From assembly GCA_951406725.2 (NCBI GenBank), contig OX597836.1, positions 15,314,001-15,378,000 of the forward strand: a DNA stretch of 64,000 bases, given 5' to 3'. Each line of letters begins with the position of its first letter. The stretch's first letter is position 1. The notes below the pieces were generated by a model. It saw nothing but the letters and a program-made list of their open reading frames with translations, had not been told where the DNA came from and did no database searches. Below, one piece after another: positions 1 through 12,494 of this stretch. The position numbers and the translations under genes are program-made. Source of the stretch: Octopus vulgaris (Eukaryota).

Positions 1-31
<31 letters not shown>

Positions 32-535
32 GAGTGAGAGAGCAGAGCATGCCTCATTTGCAAAACAAGGCCAACAGTTTTTAAGAAAGGTGTGAAGTCA
101 ATTACATCGACTCCAATGCTCAACCAACACTCATTTTATCGACCCCTAAAGGATGAAAGGCAAAGTCAACCTCAGTGAAATTTGAACTCAGCACCTAAAA
201 CTACTGACCATTTTATCCAGAGAACGAGCAATTCTACCAGCCACGACTTAGCCTTCATTCAACCTACATTTCTTGCTCAGAAGAATAAATCTGTTGCATA
301 ATAATAATCACACAAGTTGCTTGAATTTCCTCAACCCCCTTCTACTGCTGGTTTATACGATTCAATTATTTCCATACGTTATTGGAATGTGTGTTTTTAC
401 AGCTGCATGGAAGGAGTGGTGGGCCTCGCAGTCCTCCGCACAGTTCCAATTATGCATCGTTTCGTCTGAGAGGCTGAAACTAACTAATAAACATGCTAGG
501 ATGTAGTAAACATGATGTTTCTGCTGTCTAAAATA

Positions 536-677
536 ATGTGTGTGTGTGTGTGTGTGTGTGTACATATACATGTGTGTGTTTTGTATGTATGTGTGCATGT
601 ATGTATGTATATATATGTATGTATATATGTGCATGTATGTATATATGTGCATGTATATGTATGTATGTATGTATATG

Positions 678-776
<99 letters not shown>

Positions 777-783
777 GTATATG

Positions 784-822
<39 letters not shown>

Positions 823-885
823 GTATATGTATCTATGTATGTATATATGTATGTATGCATATGTATGTATGTATATATGTATGTA

Positions 886-919
<34 letters not shown>

Positions 920-945
920 CGTATATAAAATAATACACACACATT
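536..945. repeat. Compound (TG)n/(TATG)n/(TA)n microsatellite
   Basis: Direct reading. Confidence 0.95.
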
Positions 946-1129
946 TATGTATATTATAATGCCTGTCCTGTCTCTGCTTCTATCCTAAATTCATATTGTG
1001 GCCTACTTCCCTATATCCATGTTCCCTTCGTGGTTGCATTGGTTGTCTCAGTTTTTGTCTTCGAGCATTAAAATAGTTTGCACTAGATTTAAGTTGAGGA
1101 CGACAACAACACATTTTCTTTTTTTTTCT

Positions 1130-1670
1130 TTTATTCTTTTACTTGTTTCAGTCATTTGACTGCGGCCATGCTGGAGCACCGCCTTTAGTCGAGCAAATCG
1201 ACCCCGGGACTTATTCTTTTGTAAGCCCAGTACTTATTCTATTGGTCCCTTTTGCCGAACCGCTAAGTGACGGGGACGTAAACACACCAGCATCGGTTGT
1301 CAAGCAATGTTGGGTGGGGACAAACACAGACACACAAACATATACATACATATATATATATATATATCATCATCATCGTTTAACATCCGTTTTCCATGCT
1401 AGCATGGGTTGGACAGTTCAACTGGGGTCTGGGAAGCCAGTAGGCTGTGCCAGGCCCAGTCTGATCTGGCAATGTTTCTACAGCTGGATGCCCTTCCTAA
1501 CGCCATATATATTTATACGATGGGCTTCTTTCAGTTTCTGTCTACCAAATCCACTCACAAGGCTTTGGTCGGCCCGAGGCTATAGTAGAAGACACTTGCC
1601 CAAGGTACCACGCAGTGGGACTGAACCCGGAACCATGTGGTTTGTAGACAAGCTACTTACCACACAGCCA
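1130..1670 (-). mobile_element. tRNA-derived SINE family A with nested LINE 3' fragment
   Basis: Head GGCGCAGGAGTGGCTGTGTGGTAAG...GGTTCAGTCCC (A/B boxes), CORE-like CCTTGGGCAAGTG, (GTAAAAGA)n tail; more than 20 copies in the window. Confidence 0.85.
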
Positions 1671-1821
1671 CAGATTTGACAGTAATCTGAATGCTAAAGG
1701 GTTAAGTTTTCAATATTGGTCACTTTGCCTTTCGATAAATTTAAATCAATGAAAGACATTGATATAATTAGAATGCTTCAATATGATTGATTAATTCTGT
1801 TGAACCTGACGCTACAGTTCA

Positions 1822-2242
1822 GGCGCAGGAGTGGCTGTGTGGTAAGTAGCTTGCTTACCAACCACATGGTTCCGGGTTCAGTCCCACTGCGTGGAACCTT
1901 CGGCAAGTATCTTCTACTATAGCCTTGGGCTGACCAAAGCCTTGTGAGTGGATTTGGTAGACGGAAACTGAAAGAAGCCCATCGTATATATGTATATATA
2001 TATATATATGTGTGTGTGTATATGTTTGTGTGTCTGTGTTTGTCCCCCTAGCATTGCTTGACATCTGATGCTGGTGTGTTTATGTCCCCGTCACTTAGCG
2101 GTTTCGGCAAAAGAGACCGATAGAATAAGTACTGGGCTTACAAAGAATAAGTCCCGGGGGTCGAGTTGCTTGACTAAAGGCGGTGCTCCAGCATGGCTGC
2201 AGTCAAATGACTGAAACAAGTAAAAGAGTAAATAGTAAAGAG
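1822..2242 (+). mobile_element. SINE family A, full length
   Basis: Complete head to tail. Confidence 0.88.
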
Positions 2243-2480
2243 TTCAATAACTGGAACTAGTGGAATGTAACAATAAACTTTAACCATTTAGGATTCAAGA
2301 TTAGTTTGTCAAATGTAAAACTTGTTTATTCACATTGTTTTGAGTTTATCATGCATTATATTGTAGCTGCAAGATTTGTGCAACATGATTTTTTTGTTGT
2401 TGTTTCGGTCATTTGATTGCGGCCATGCTGGAGTGCCGCCTTTAGTGAAACAAATCAAACTCAGGACTTATTGTTTGTAA

Positions 2481-2937
2481 TACAGTTCTATATTTACGAG
2501 ATGAGGAATTGTGTACATTATTTACTAAGCCCCAAGATTCCGAGTTCGATTGCAGGCAGTGACCTGAATAATAATAATAATAATAACAACAACAACATCG
2601 AAAAATAGGAATGAGAACCCAGGTTTTAAATTTCCCCAAGACACCTGATGAAGGCTGGAGGGTATATCATCTGAAATGTTGTGTTAACAACAAACAAGAC
2701 GAGATGAGGAATTGTGTACATTATTTACTAAGCCCCAAGATTCCGAGTTCGATTCCAGGCAGTGACCTGGATAATAATAATAATAATAATAATAACAACA
2801 ACAACATCGAAAAATAGGAATGAGAACCCAGGTTTGAAATTTCCCCAAGACACCTGATGAAGGCTGGAGGGTATATCAGCTGAAACGTGTTAACAACAAA
2901 CAAGATGAGGACAAATATCTGTCAAATGTAAATAATG
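2481..2937 (+). mobile_element. Tandem ~205-bp repeat element with a minimal hammerhead core per unit (Penelope-associated/retrozyme-like), inserted in a SINE
   Basis: Units start 2497 and 2700; CTGATGA...GAAA cores at 2645-2676 and 2854-2885; 13-bp target duplication ttatt(g/c)tttgtaa at 2468-2480 and 2938-2950. Confidence 0.6.
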
Positions 2938-3464
2938 TTATTCTTTGTAAGCCTGGTACTTATTCTATCGGTTTCTTTTGTCAAGCCACTAAGTTGCAGG
3001 GACGTAAACACACCAACATTGGTTGTCAAGCAATGGTGGGAGAGACAAACACAGACACAAAAAAAACACACATACATGATGGGCTTCTTTCAGTTTCCAT
3101 CTACCAAATCCACCCACAAGGTTTTGGTCAGCCCAAGGTTATAGTAGAAGACACTTGCCCAAGTCAGGTATTTATTGTGTCATTCCCTTTTGCCAAACTG
3201 CCAAGTAGCAGGGACATAAACAAACCAACATCAGTTGTCAAGCAGTGATGGGGAATGAATCTACACACACACATATATTCATAACAGGCTTTCACATAGT
3301 TTCCACGTACCAAATTCATTTACAAGGCACTGGTTAGCTTGGGGCTAAAGTAGAAGATATTTGCCCAAGATGCCATGCAGTGGGACTGAACCTGAAACCA
3401 TGTGGTTGCAAAGTGAACCCCTTAATCACAAAGCCATGCCCATCCCTATATCCACACAACTACA

Positions 3465-3770
3465 CCTCATCATTATCATTCATCATTGTTCGACCGTGGT
3501 CGAGACAATGGAATTTACCATGCTATGCCAGACTTCACGGTCCATCATGGCATTACGGAGGTTCTGTTGCTGGATGCCTGTATCCCTGGAGATTACATCA
3601 GGGTAGGAGAGTGTGCGTCCTCTGGCATTGCGAGTAGATGGCTTCCAGAGGAGAAGAGTAGAAATTACCTCTTTTTCAGCTCTACAACAATGTCCAGCAA
3701 ACTGGACTCTCTTACCTTTCACAAGAGATGGCACAGGTGGTAGTTTCCCATATATTATGCACCTATATAA
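3465..3770 (-). mobile_element. RTE-clade LINE 3' fragment
   Basis: ORF2 C-terminus (RVQFAGHCCRAEKE...LWKPS...AMMDREVW) followed by a (TGA)n tail. Confidence 0.75.
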
Positions 3771-3981
3771 AATGTTTATATTTTCAAAAAAATAGATTTT
3801 ATGTGTTTCTAACTGTTTTCCTTTTTTCTTATTTATTTCAGTCTGAAAAATGGAAAAGGTAACCATGCCACCACCCAATCGTCAGAGAGCTAGGGCCGTT
3901 GCTTGAACATCAGTGACCCTGGTGTCATGGATTTGCTGTTTTTGTGTCCATTATCGAGTCTTAGTCCAGAATATTCCAAAG

Positions 3982-6021
3982 ATGTCTTGTCAGAAACTTC
4001 AAAGATCACCTGAAGAATGTGTTCCTTGGTTGTTAACGACTCGAAGTATGTTGATACTACTTACAGGCATAATGCTGTTAAATACGCTCGGGTTGAGCCT
4101 GGAGAATTCTTGTCAAGTTCTTGGCGAGGAGAATCAGTACCAGGCCAACTGTTGTAAATTAAACTTGACTCATGTTCCCTATAACTTGTTAAAAAGCATA
4201 CGTAGTTTATATTTGGATCACAATCGTATCGCCCTCACCAAAGAAAGCTACTATTTCACGGTCTATGAAAACCTGAAAGTCCTCTCACTTGTAAATAATT
4301 CCATTAAATTCATTCACGCCAAATCTTTCTTTCGCCTAAAACTGGAAGTTCTAGAACTTTCTGGAAATCTACTCAGAAATGTTCCAGTTAACGCTTTACG
4401 TGGGCAGAGCTTTCTTCAGAATTTGTCTCTAGAAAACAACCGAATCGATTACATAACAAAGGCTGATTTCCAGAAACTTGAAAGCTTAATTGAGCTGAAA
4501 CTGTCAGGAAATTACATCAAATCCATTGATGGAATGTCTTTCATAGATTTAAAGAATTTGTACAATTTAGAACTTCATCAGAATTCCCTACAAACTTTAC
4601 CCCATAACTTATTTCAGAGCTGTAACGAAAGCTTACAAACAATTACCTTGTCCCAAAACTCCTGGTACTGCGACTGTCACCTCCGTTGGTTATCAGAATA
4701 TTTCCTAATTAAAAATTGGACTTCGGCATCAACTGGAATGCACTGTAAAATACCCCTGTCTCTCCAAAGTAAGAAGTTCTTGTCGATTCCTTGGGAATTG
4801 TTTGCTTGTCCTCTTGTGATGGATTCCAGCAGCACCAAAATGATTGTGAAAAATAACGACAACATTTCACTGATCTGCAGGGTACAATCGAACCCACCCG
4901 CTAGAATATCCTGGTGGTTTAACAACAAACTAATCGATGATTTTGAATATTATACCATAACCCACTCTGTTGGTATCAATGGCATGAGTGTTCTTCAAGT
5001 CAGTAACTTTGATTTTGGTGATATGGGTTCCTATAAATGTGTTGCCCAAAACTCTGTCTCCAATAGTTCGGTTGTTTACACACTGGTCATTGAAGGTTTC
5101 AGTCAGTACAAAAAGAAAGCACTGACGTCTTCTGAAGCTGTCGAACAACCCAGTTCGGTGCATTCGGCCGTTATCAGTGTGTGTGTCACAGGTGGTTTGA
5201 TATCGCTGTGTATCATAATAGTTCTCGTGTTCTACTACTGGAAACGCTTCACCAGACTCCAAGAACAGAAGCAGGAAGAAATAAAACTGAAGATCAAAAA
5301 CCATTTTGAATCCAGTAGAAACTACAAGCCCGATTCTGAGAATAACAAGAGCCCCACGAGTGAACAAGGGAGAAACGAAGAAACTGAACCCTTGTATGAT
5401 GCGGTGAAACCCGTCCTGCAGCCTCAACGAGAAACACAACTTTCTGATATTATTGCAAATAATAAACAAGCTTACACTGACCTGCAGGAGGTCGAGGCCT
5501 ATTCTCCAAGCACCCTCATGACAACGTTAGATTCCGATAACACCGGAGTATTTTGGACAGGTTCATCTCGGAACGACTGTTCTTCCAACCCATCAGATCT
5601 AGCTTGTCCACTTCTGGAAACTTCAGGTTATATTTCTTATCCAAATGAATGGGAAATTAACGGTGAGGTGTTTCTCACCCCATACCCTTCTCCGCATCCG
5701 AGATATGTCGAAAACTATCCTCGCTCTGTCCCTTCTTTGCCTCCTTACTACACACATTCATTCCATAACCATCATCCACCATATCACAGCAACACTTCCT
5801 CAATGCCAATGGGACCTTGTGACTGGCCATTTTCCACGATGCCTTACCCAGGAAAATATGAAGACCACAACAGATGCGCGTCGGTTGGCAGCGTAGGGTC
5901 TGAGCCAATCCCTCCCAAGAAACCGCCACGATTGCACAGCTATTCCAGCACTACGAGTGACAGGAGAAAGTTTTCTCTGCCAAAGCCTGGCTCTGTTGAT
6001 GAGTTTGGGACAGCAGTCTGA
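3982..6021 (+). CDS. LRR-Ig single-pass transmembrane receptor, Kekkon/LRRC24-like (LIG family), single coding exon
   Basis: ORF 3913-6021; first ATG 3982, second ATG 4048 opens a signal-peptide-like stretch (MLILLTGIMLLNTLGLS). LRRNT cysteines, 6-7 LxxLxLxxNxI repeats, LRRCT (NSWYCDCHLRWL...C...FAC), Ig domain (ISLICRVQSNPPARISWW...DMGSYKCVAQN), TM (VISVCVTGGLISLCIIIVLVFYYW), Pro/Tyr-rich tail ending in class I PDZ-type GTAV. Polypyrimidine-AG acceptor ends at 3841. Confidence 0.88.
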   Translation: MSCQKLQRSPEECVPWLLTTRSMLILLTGIMLLNTLGLSLENSCQVLGEENQYQANCCKLNLTHVPYNLLKSIRSLYLDHNRIALTKESYYFTVYENLKVLSLVNNSIKFIHAKSFFRLKLEVLELSGNLLRNVPVNALRGQSFLQNLSLENNRIDYITKADFQKLESLIELKLSGNYIKSIDGMSFIDLKNLYNLELHQNSLQTLPHNLFQSCNESLQTITLSQNSWYCDCHLRWLSEYFLIKNWTSASTGMHCKIPLSLQSKKFLSIPWELFACPLVMDSSSTKMIVKNNDNISLICRVQSNPPARISWWFNNKLIDDFEYYTITHSVGINGMSVLQVSNFDFGDMGSYKCVAQNSVSNSSVVYTLVIEGFSQYKKKALTSSEAVEQPSSVHSAVISVCVTGGLISLCIIIVLVFYYWKRFTRLQEQKQEEIKLKIKNHFESSRNYKPDSENNKSPTSEQGRNEETEPLYDAVKPVLQPQRETQLSDIIANNKQAYTDLQEVEAYSPSTLMTTLDSDNTGVFWTGSSRNDCSSNPSDLACPLLETSGYISYPNEWEINGEVFLTPYPSPHPRYVENYPRSVPSLPPYYTHSFHNHHPPYHSNTSSMPMGPCDWPFSTMPYPGKYEDHNRCASVGSVGSEPIPPKKPPRLHSYSSTTSDRRKFSLPKPGSVDEFGTAV

Positions 6022-6581
6022 GACCTTGGAATGGATATATTTCTCGTGTTATAATTTCTACTAATTGGAGCATTTAACAGAAGAGACAAGTGGATTCTTC
6101 TTACATTTTCCCCCCCTCTTCTTGATCAAACTTGATCAACAGTCATGGGTCACTTTAAGGTGATTTGCGTTCCAGGGGTTATGTTAATTTGTTGAAAATT
6201 TTGTCAATGGATTCTGACCTAAATTTTCAGTCCAGTCTGATAATAAGACATGACATGTGCCTTCTTCTTATTATTATTATTTTTCTTTCTCCTAATTTCC
6301 TTCCCACATTCTTGACTGTTTTCTTGCCTTCAGAAATGAACAGTTTAGCAATGGAACGTTCCACTTTTTGAAAGATTTATATTGTGTTTTTTTATGCTGT
6401 ATACACAGACATGTATATAAAGCATACACGCATATACACATATATGTATAAAACATATGGTTATACACATATATCGTAAACATTCAGACAAACATACATA
6501 TAAACACATAAAACATGTATATACATACACATATATTTCCACACACACACACACATATGTGTGTGTGTGTGTGTTTATATA

Positions 6582-6627
<46 letters not shown>

Positions 6628-7140
6628 GATACATATACACCCCACCTCACATATATATATATATGTGTATTCTCACTTAGATATGCATATATTCACCCCA
6701 TGTGTGGTGTGGTGTGGTGTGTGTATTTACATACACAGATACCAATACACTAACATATGTGTGTACACACACACACACACACACACATGCATATTCACAT
6801 AAACACATTACTGTGTCAACATAAACACTCTTGCATACACACATACACATTAAGGAACAAAATAAATCTACGCTACTTGTTTATCATGATAATGAGGATG
6901 AGTGGATGTCAGTGTTGCTTAACGATGTTACCTGAACAGGTGAAGTGACCAGCAGACAGACGTTTGTACCTTAACAAGCTTATCTGGGCATGTGCTCTCT
7001 TCATGCGCTGCATATTTTGGCTGCCATTCAAAAGATGAACGGTTTAATTCTCAACCAAACTTGCTTACACTTCTACGCACCTGTATATTTGATTGGTAAG
7101 GTGAGTGTGCTTGTGTGGTGTGTTTGATATATAGTATGCT

Positions 7141-7176
<36 letters not shown>

Positions 7177-7198
7177 TTTGCATGGCTTTGTGCGTGTA

Positions 7199-7233
<35 letters not shown>

Positions 7234-8169
7234 ATGTGTGTGTGTATGTGTTTGCATGGCTTTGTGTGTGTGTATGTATGTGTGTGTGTGTGGTGTTAAT
7301 GCACTTCAGTGTAAGCATGTTTGTATTACATGTTCATGTACACACACACACACATACACACTCTCAGCCTAACCACACACCTCTATCTCCCTACCTCGCC
7401 TCCTCTCCCCTCTCCCAACATGTCCCCTGTACAAAAGCCCTCCAGTACGTCTGTGCAGCCCAAGGAATCCCTACCTCTCGCTAATTCTCCAACGACTCCC
7501 TACCTCTTATGCTGATCCCCCTCCCCCTCCCTCCAACCGATCCTTCCAACACATCATGATCCCTGTCTTGCCAACATGTTCATGTATCTCACCCATCCTA
7601 CATGTTCCCATTGTGATTCTTCCTACATGTCCCCTATACCCTAACATGACTGCTCCACTCCACTCCCCTGTCCCCTTCCACTGACTGATTCTCCCCCACC
7701 ATCACAACCCCCACCCACACCCATAACAAGCAGACAGTTACAATTATTTTATCAATATTTCATTTGATCTGTCATTGCAGTAAACAAATACATGTATTTC
7801 TTGTCAATAATAATAATAATAATAATAAATTAATTAATTAAATGATAATTGTTTAGTTTTAGTGTCCGTTTGTTTCCATCATTATTGATGAATCTTGGAA
7901 AAACTATTGACATGTTTTCATATTTTCAGCCAATGCGGTTTGAGATATCAAATATCGTGGGATTTTAGGGTTCACTGTTTTGGAGATGTTGTTGGTATTG
8001 CTTGGCCCCAACATAAGGACTGATTAACTCTTTAGCATTTAAACTGGCCTTAGCCGGCCCAAAAATTCACATTCATATTTTCTCCAACTACTGATATCGA
8101 CTTCAGCAAGTGGTGATTTCCAACTTGGGAGAATTTATGCTTGAGGACTTATAAAACCACCACCACCGC

Positions 8170-8203
<34 letters not shown>

Positions 8204-8208
8204 TTTGT

Positions 8209-8678
8209 TTAACCCTTTCGTTACCAACCGGCTGAAACCAGCTCTGGCTCTGTTGTACAAATGTCTTGTTTTCATAAGTTTTGAATTAAAATCTTCCACC
8301 AAACCTTAGTCACAATTTATGTTCCTAACATTAGCTTAATGATAACTAAGTTATTTTATTAAATTCTTTGTTATATTTTAAAGTAATTAAAAGAAACACA
8401 GAGCATCTCAACAGAAATAAGGTAACAAAACGGTTAGACATCATGATATTTTAAACCCTTTTGTTACCAACTAAGCTGAAACCAGCTCTAGCTCTGAGTA
8501 CAAATGACTTGTTTTCAAAGGTTTTTAATTAAAATCTTCCACCAAACCTTAATCACAATTTATATTCCTAACATTAGCTTAATGATAACTAAGTTATTTT
8601 ACTAAATTCTTTGTTATATTTAAAGTAATTGAAAGAAACACAGAGCATCTCAAAATAAATACAGTAACAAAAGGGTTA
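8209..8678. mobile_element. Two tandem piggyBac-like MITE copies
   Basis: TTAA-CCCTTT.GTTACC ... GTAACAAAAGGG-TTAA ends; units about 8209-8437 and 8452-8678; degenerate relatives at 46530-47830. Confidence 0.6.
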
Positions 8679-9561
8679 ACATCCATTTCCCATGCTGGCA
8701 TGGGTTGGATGTTCGACAGGAGCTGGCCAGCCAGGGAGCTGGCCAGACTCAAGTTGTCTGTCATGATTTCTATGCCAACCACAGAGTGTGCTGGGTGCCT
8801 CTTACGTGCCACCAGCACAGGTGCATTTATACAGCACCTGCATGAGTGCAATCAACTTGGCACCAGCACCTGTAAAGGGCAAGCCTGTTGTGTATGGATG
8901 AGTGATTTTACTTCGCTTGACACGTCTTCTCAAGTTCAGCAAAACGCAACTCTTGGTCCCTTGTCATGTCCTCAGTAAGGCCCAATGTCTGAAGATCCTT
9001 TCTTGTCATTAATAATAATAATAATAATAATTAATAAATGAATGAATTAATTAATTAATTAAATGATAATTGTTCAGTTTTAGTGTCCGTTTGTTTCCAT
9101 CATTATTGATGAATCTTGGAAAAAATATTCATCTCACATCTTCATCTCACATCTTACTGGGTCTACCTCATCCACAGGTTCCCTCCACAATTAGAGCTGT
9201 CCTCATCCATACACATCACATGACCAAACCAGTGCAGTCTTCTCTCTTGCACTCTGCATCTGATTCCTCTTGTAGAAAGAAAAAAACCCAGAAAAATAAC
9301 AAGAGTTCCTTGTCTTTAGGTGAATCAGTTACGGTTGTTTTAATAAGAAAGAGTATGTTGAGTTTTAGGTGCTGTTTCTAGCAGGTCAGACAACCACTTT
9401 GTGGCTCTTTCCTTAGCTTGGGTTTTGTTGATGTGTATTGGTATTGTTGAAGGGAAATAGATATACTTGCTGAAGGATATTTTCTTTGAATTTGAGTAGG
9501 GGAAGTGTGAGGTTTTTAAATTGTGTGTGTGTTGGGTGGGGAGATGTCTATATATATATAT

Positions 9562-9955
9562 ACTCTTTTACTTGTTTCAGTCATTTGACTGCGGCCATGC
9601 TGGAGCACCACCTTTAGTCGAGCAAATCGACCCCGGGACTTATTCTTTGTAAGCCTAGTACTTATTCTATCAGTCTCTTTTGCCGAACCGCTAAGTGACG
9701 GGGACGTAAACACACCAGCATCGGTTGTCAAGCAATGCTAGGGGGACAAACACAGACACACAAACACACACATACACACATATACATATATACGACAGGC
9801 TTCTTTCAGTTTCCGTCTACCAAATCCACTCACAAGGCATTGGTCGGCTCGGGGCTATAGCAGAAGACACTTGCCCAAGATGCCACGCAGTGGGACTGAA
9901 CCCGGAACCATGTGGTTGGTTAGCAAGCTACTTACCACACAGCCGCTCCTGTGCC
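9562..9955 (-). mobile_element. SINE family A, full length
   Basis: Matches the other copies. Confidence 0.88.
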
Positions 9956-10489
9956 TATATATATATGTATATATATATATAGAATATTAAAGAAGAGGGA
10001 AGGATGATATCATCTACATAGGAGAGTTTAATTAGGAAGTAATTAGAAGGTTGTTAATATGTTAGGAAGAAAGTTGAAGACCTAACTGAACTCTGAATGT
10101 GGGTCAGAGAGAGATAACCCTGTAAACACACACACACAGCAATAAATATTGTGTTTGACAGGAAACTTCTAGCTCAAGAGATGAGAGATAGATGGCGCCA
10201 GTAGTTTGATAACTAATTTTTGGTGTTTCTCTCACAAGACTCGTTGAAATTCTCTTCTGATGTTAAGGCTGCTCTTGGGGGTTTTATCGCTTTTAATGTC
10301 CCCTTTATTCAGGTTTGCATGGGTTAGATGACATCTAATGAGGCAGATTTTCTACAGCTGGATGCCTGTCTTGTTGCCAACTTTTACCTGTTTCCAAGTA
10401 AACTAATATTTCCCTGTGACCAGACATGTTTTCACAGAAGATTGGAAACAGTGATTGTAGGTGCATTAGTCTGTGTCCGTGCACCTTCA

Positions 10490-10528
<39 letters not shown>

Positions 10529-10984
10529 TGTATATAATATATATGTGGCAAGCTGGCAGAATTGTTAGCACACTGAACAAAATGCTTAGTGGTATTTCAT
10601 CCATCTTTACATTCTGAGTTCAAATTCCACTGAGGTTGACTTTACCTTTCATCATTCCAGGGTCAATAAAATAAGTACCAATTTGAACATTGGGGTCAAT
10701 GTAATCGACTTAGCCCCTCTACTGAACTTGCTGGCCTTGTGCCAAAATTTGAAATCAGTATATTAATAAATAAGTAATTATATATATATATATATACATA
10801 CATACAGACAGACACAAACACATACACATGATGAGTTCTTTCAGGAGTGAAGGGCATAAATGGAAATATCCAAGATCCAGAGTTCTAACGAGTTGCTAAA
10901 GATCTTCATCAACAACAATAAACCATTTTTTTTTTTATTTAATTACTGTAAGGAAGAATGGAATGGTAATTGAAATCTCAACAA

Positions 10985-11283
10985 GTGTAAGCCTAGTACT
11001 TATTCTATCGGTCTCTTTTTGCCGAACCGCTAGGTTACAGGGATGTAAGCACACCAGAATCGGTTGTCAAGCGATGTTGGGGGACAAGCACACACACACA
11101 CACACACACATACATATATACGACGGGCTTCTTTCAGTTTCCGTCTACCAAATCCACTCGCAAGGCTTTGGTCGGCCTGAGGCTATAGTAGAAGACACTT
11201 GCCCAAGGTGCCACGCAGTGGGACTGAACCCGGAACCATATGGCTGGTAAGCAAGCTACTTACCACACAGCCACTCCTACGCC
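10985..11283 (-). mobile_element. SINE family A, 3'-truncated
   Basis: Matches the other copies. Confidence 0.8.
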
Positions 11284-11569
11284 AGGTATGGAAACGTGGG
11301 CGTTGTTAAAACGATGATGATGATGATGAATATATTCATGTATGCTTTATATATATATATATATATGAAGGTGGAAATGAAACACACAGACACACACACA
11401 AACGTGCGTGTTGAAGAGTGTTTATTTTAATCAAGTACTTCCAAATAAAAGCATTCCTTTTGTACTAAGACCAACCGTGGTACCAACGTCTTTTGTTTCA
11501 GGAAAATTTTACTGAAATAAACATGTCATTTGAACTGTAAAGCCATTATTATGTCGAGTGCCTCACACG

Positions 11570-11655
11570 CAATACATATATGAATATGTGTATATATGTA
11601 TATGCACACACACACACACATACTTATAAAATCATGTGTATATATATATATATAT

Positions 11656-11708
<53 letters not shown>

Positions 11709-11774
11709 CACACATATATGTGTATATATATATACACATATACACACATATATATATACACATATACACACATA

Positions 11775-11822
<48 letters not shown>

Positions 11823-11995
11823 TATATATGTGTATATATATATATATATACATATACACACATATATGTGTATATATATATATACACATATATATATATA
11901 CACATATATATACACATATATATATATACATATACACACATATATATGTGTATATATATACACATATATATATATATACACATATATATATATAT

Positions 11996-12040
<45 letters not shown>
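11570..12040. repeat. Compound (TA)n/(CA)n microsatellite
   Basis: Direct reading. Confidence 0.95.
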
Positions 12041-12041
<1 letters not shown>

Positions 12042-12494
12042 TCACATAATATGGTTGTCTTCACTGGACTTGGGCTTCTGACCAAGTGTCTCCTTTCACT
12101 TAATATAAGTGGCAGTTTAGTTTCTACTACTTCCCCCACAAGCACACACACACACACACACACACAGTTGACCATTGACTCATATAGAGTACATCCGGTC
12201 AGTTGTAAACTGCTGCCGTTGTTGTTGTTGTTGCTGTTGTTGCTCTTTGTTGGTGGTGCTAGGCTCTCTTTATCACAATTAGCAAGTCAAAGTTATCAAC
12301 AACAGGGTTGCATTGAGTCACTGAGGACTGGACCAGAAGAAAGTCGCTGCGGAAGTAGCTGTTTATTTTTTAGCCCCAGGTCAAACCCTGAGAGATCCAA
12401 CCGACGATCAAAGGAATCTGATCATGTGACCGCCTATGACCATCTCATTATTTTTTTGTTTTTTTTCTTGGCATAGTCATCATCGTCATCATGG

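Noticed and set aside
362-959. Many overlapping ORFs rich in Y/I/H/T/M/C/V (also near 6.4-7.4, 11.5-12.2, 28.2-29.0, 40.8-41.3, 52.2-52.7 and 53.8-54.3 kb)
   Set aside because: Stop-free translations of (TA)n, (CA)n and (TATG)n microsatellites in all frames; not genes.
1143-1679. Recurrent 70-180-aa ORFs such as ...DGLLSVSVYQIHSQG... and ...LPKVPRSGTEPGTMW...
   Set aside because: Translations of SINE family A copies, not a protein family.
3913-3981. ORF-track starts at GTG 3913 and, for CFAP57 copy 1, TTG 28077
   Set aside because: Non-ATG starts from a prokaryote-style caller; downstream ATGs used instead.
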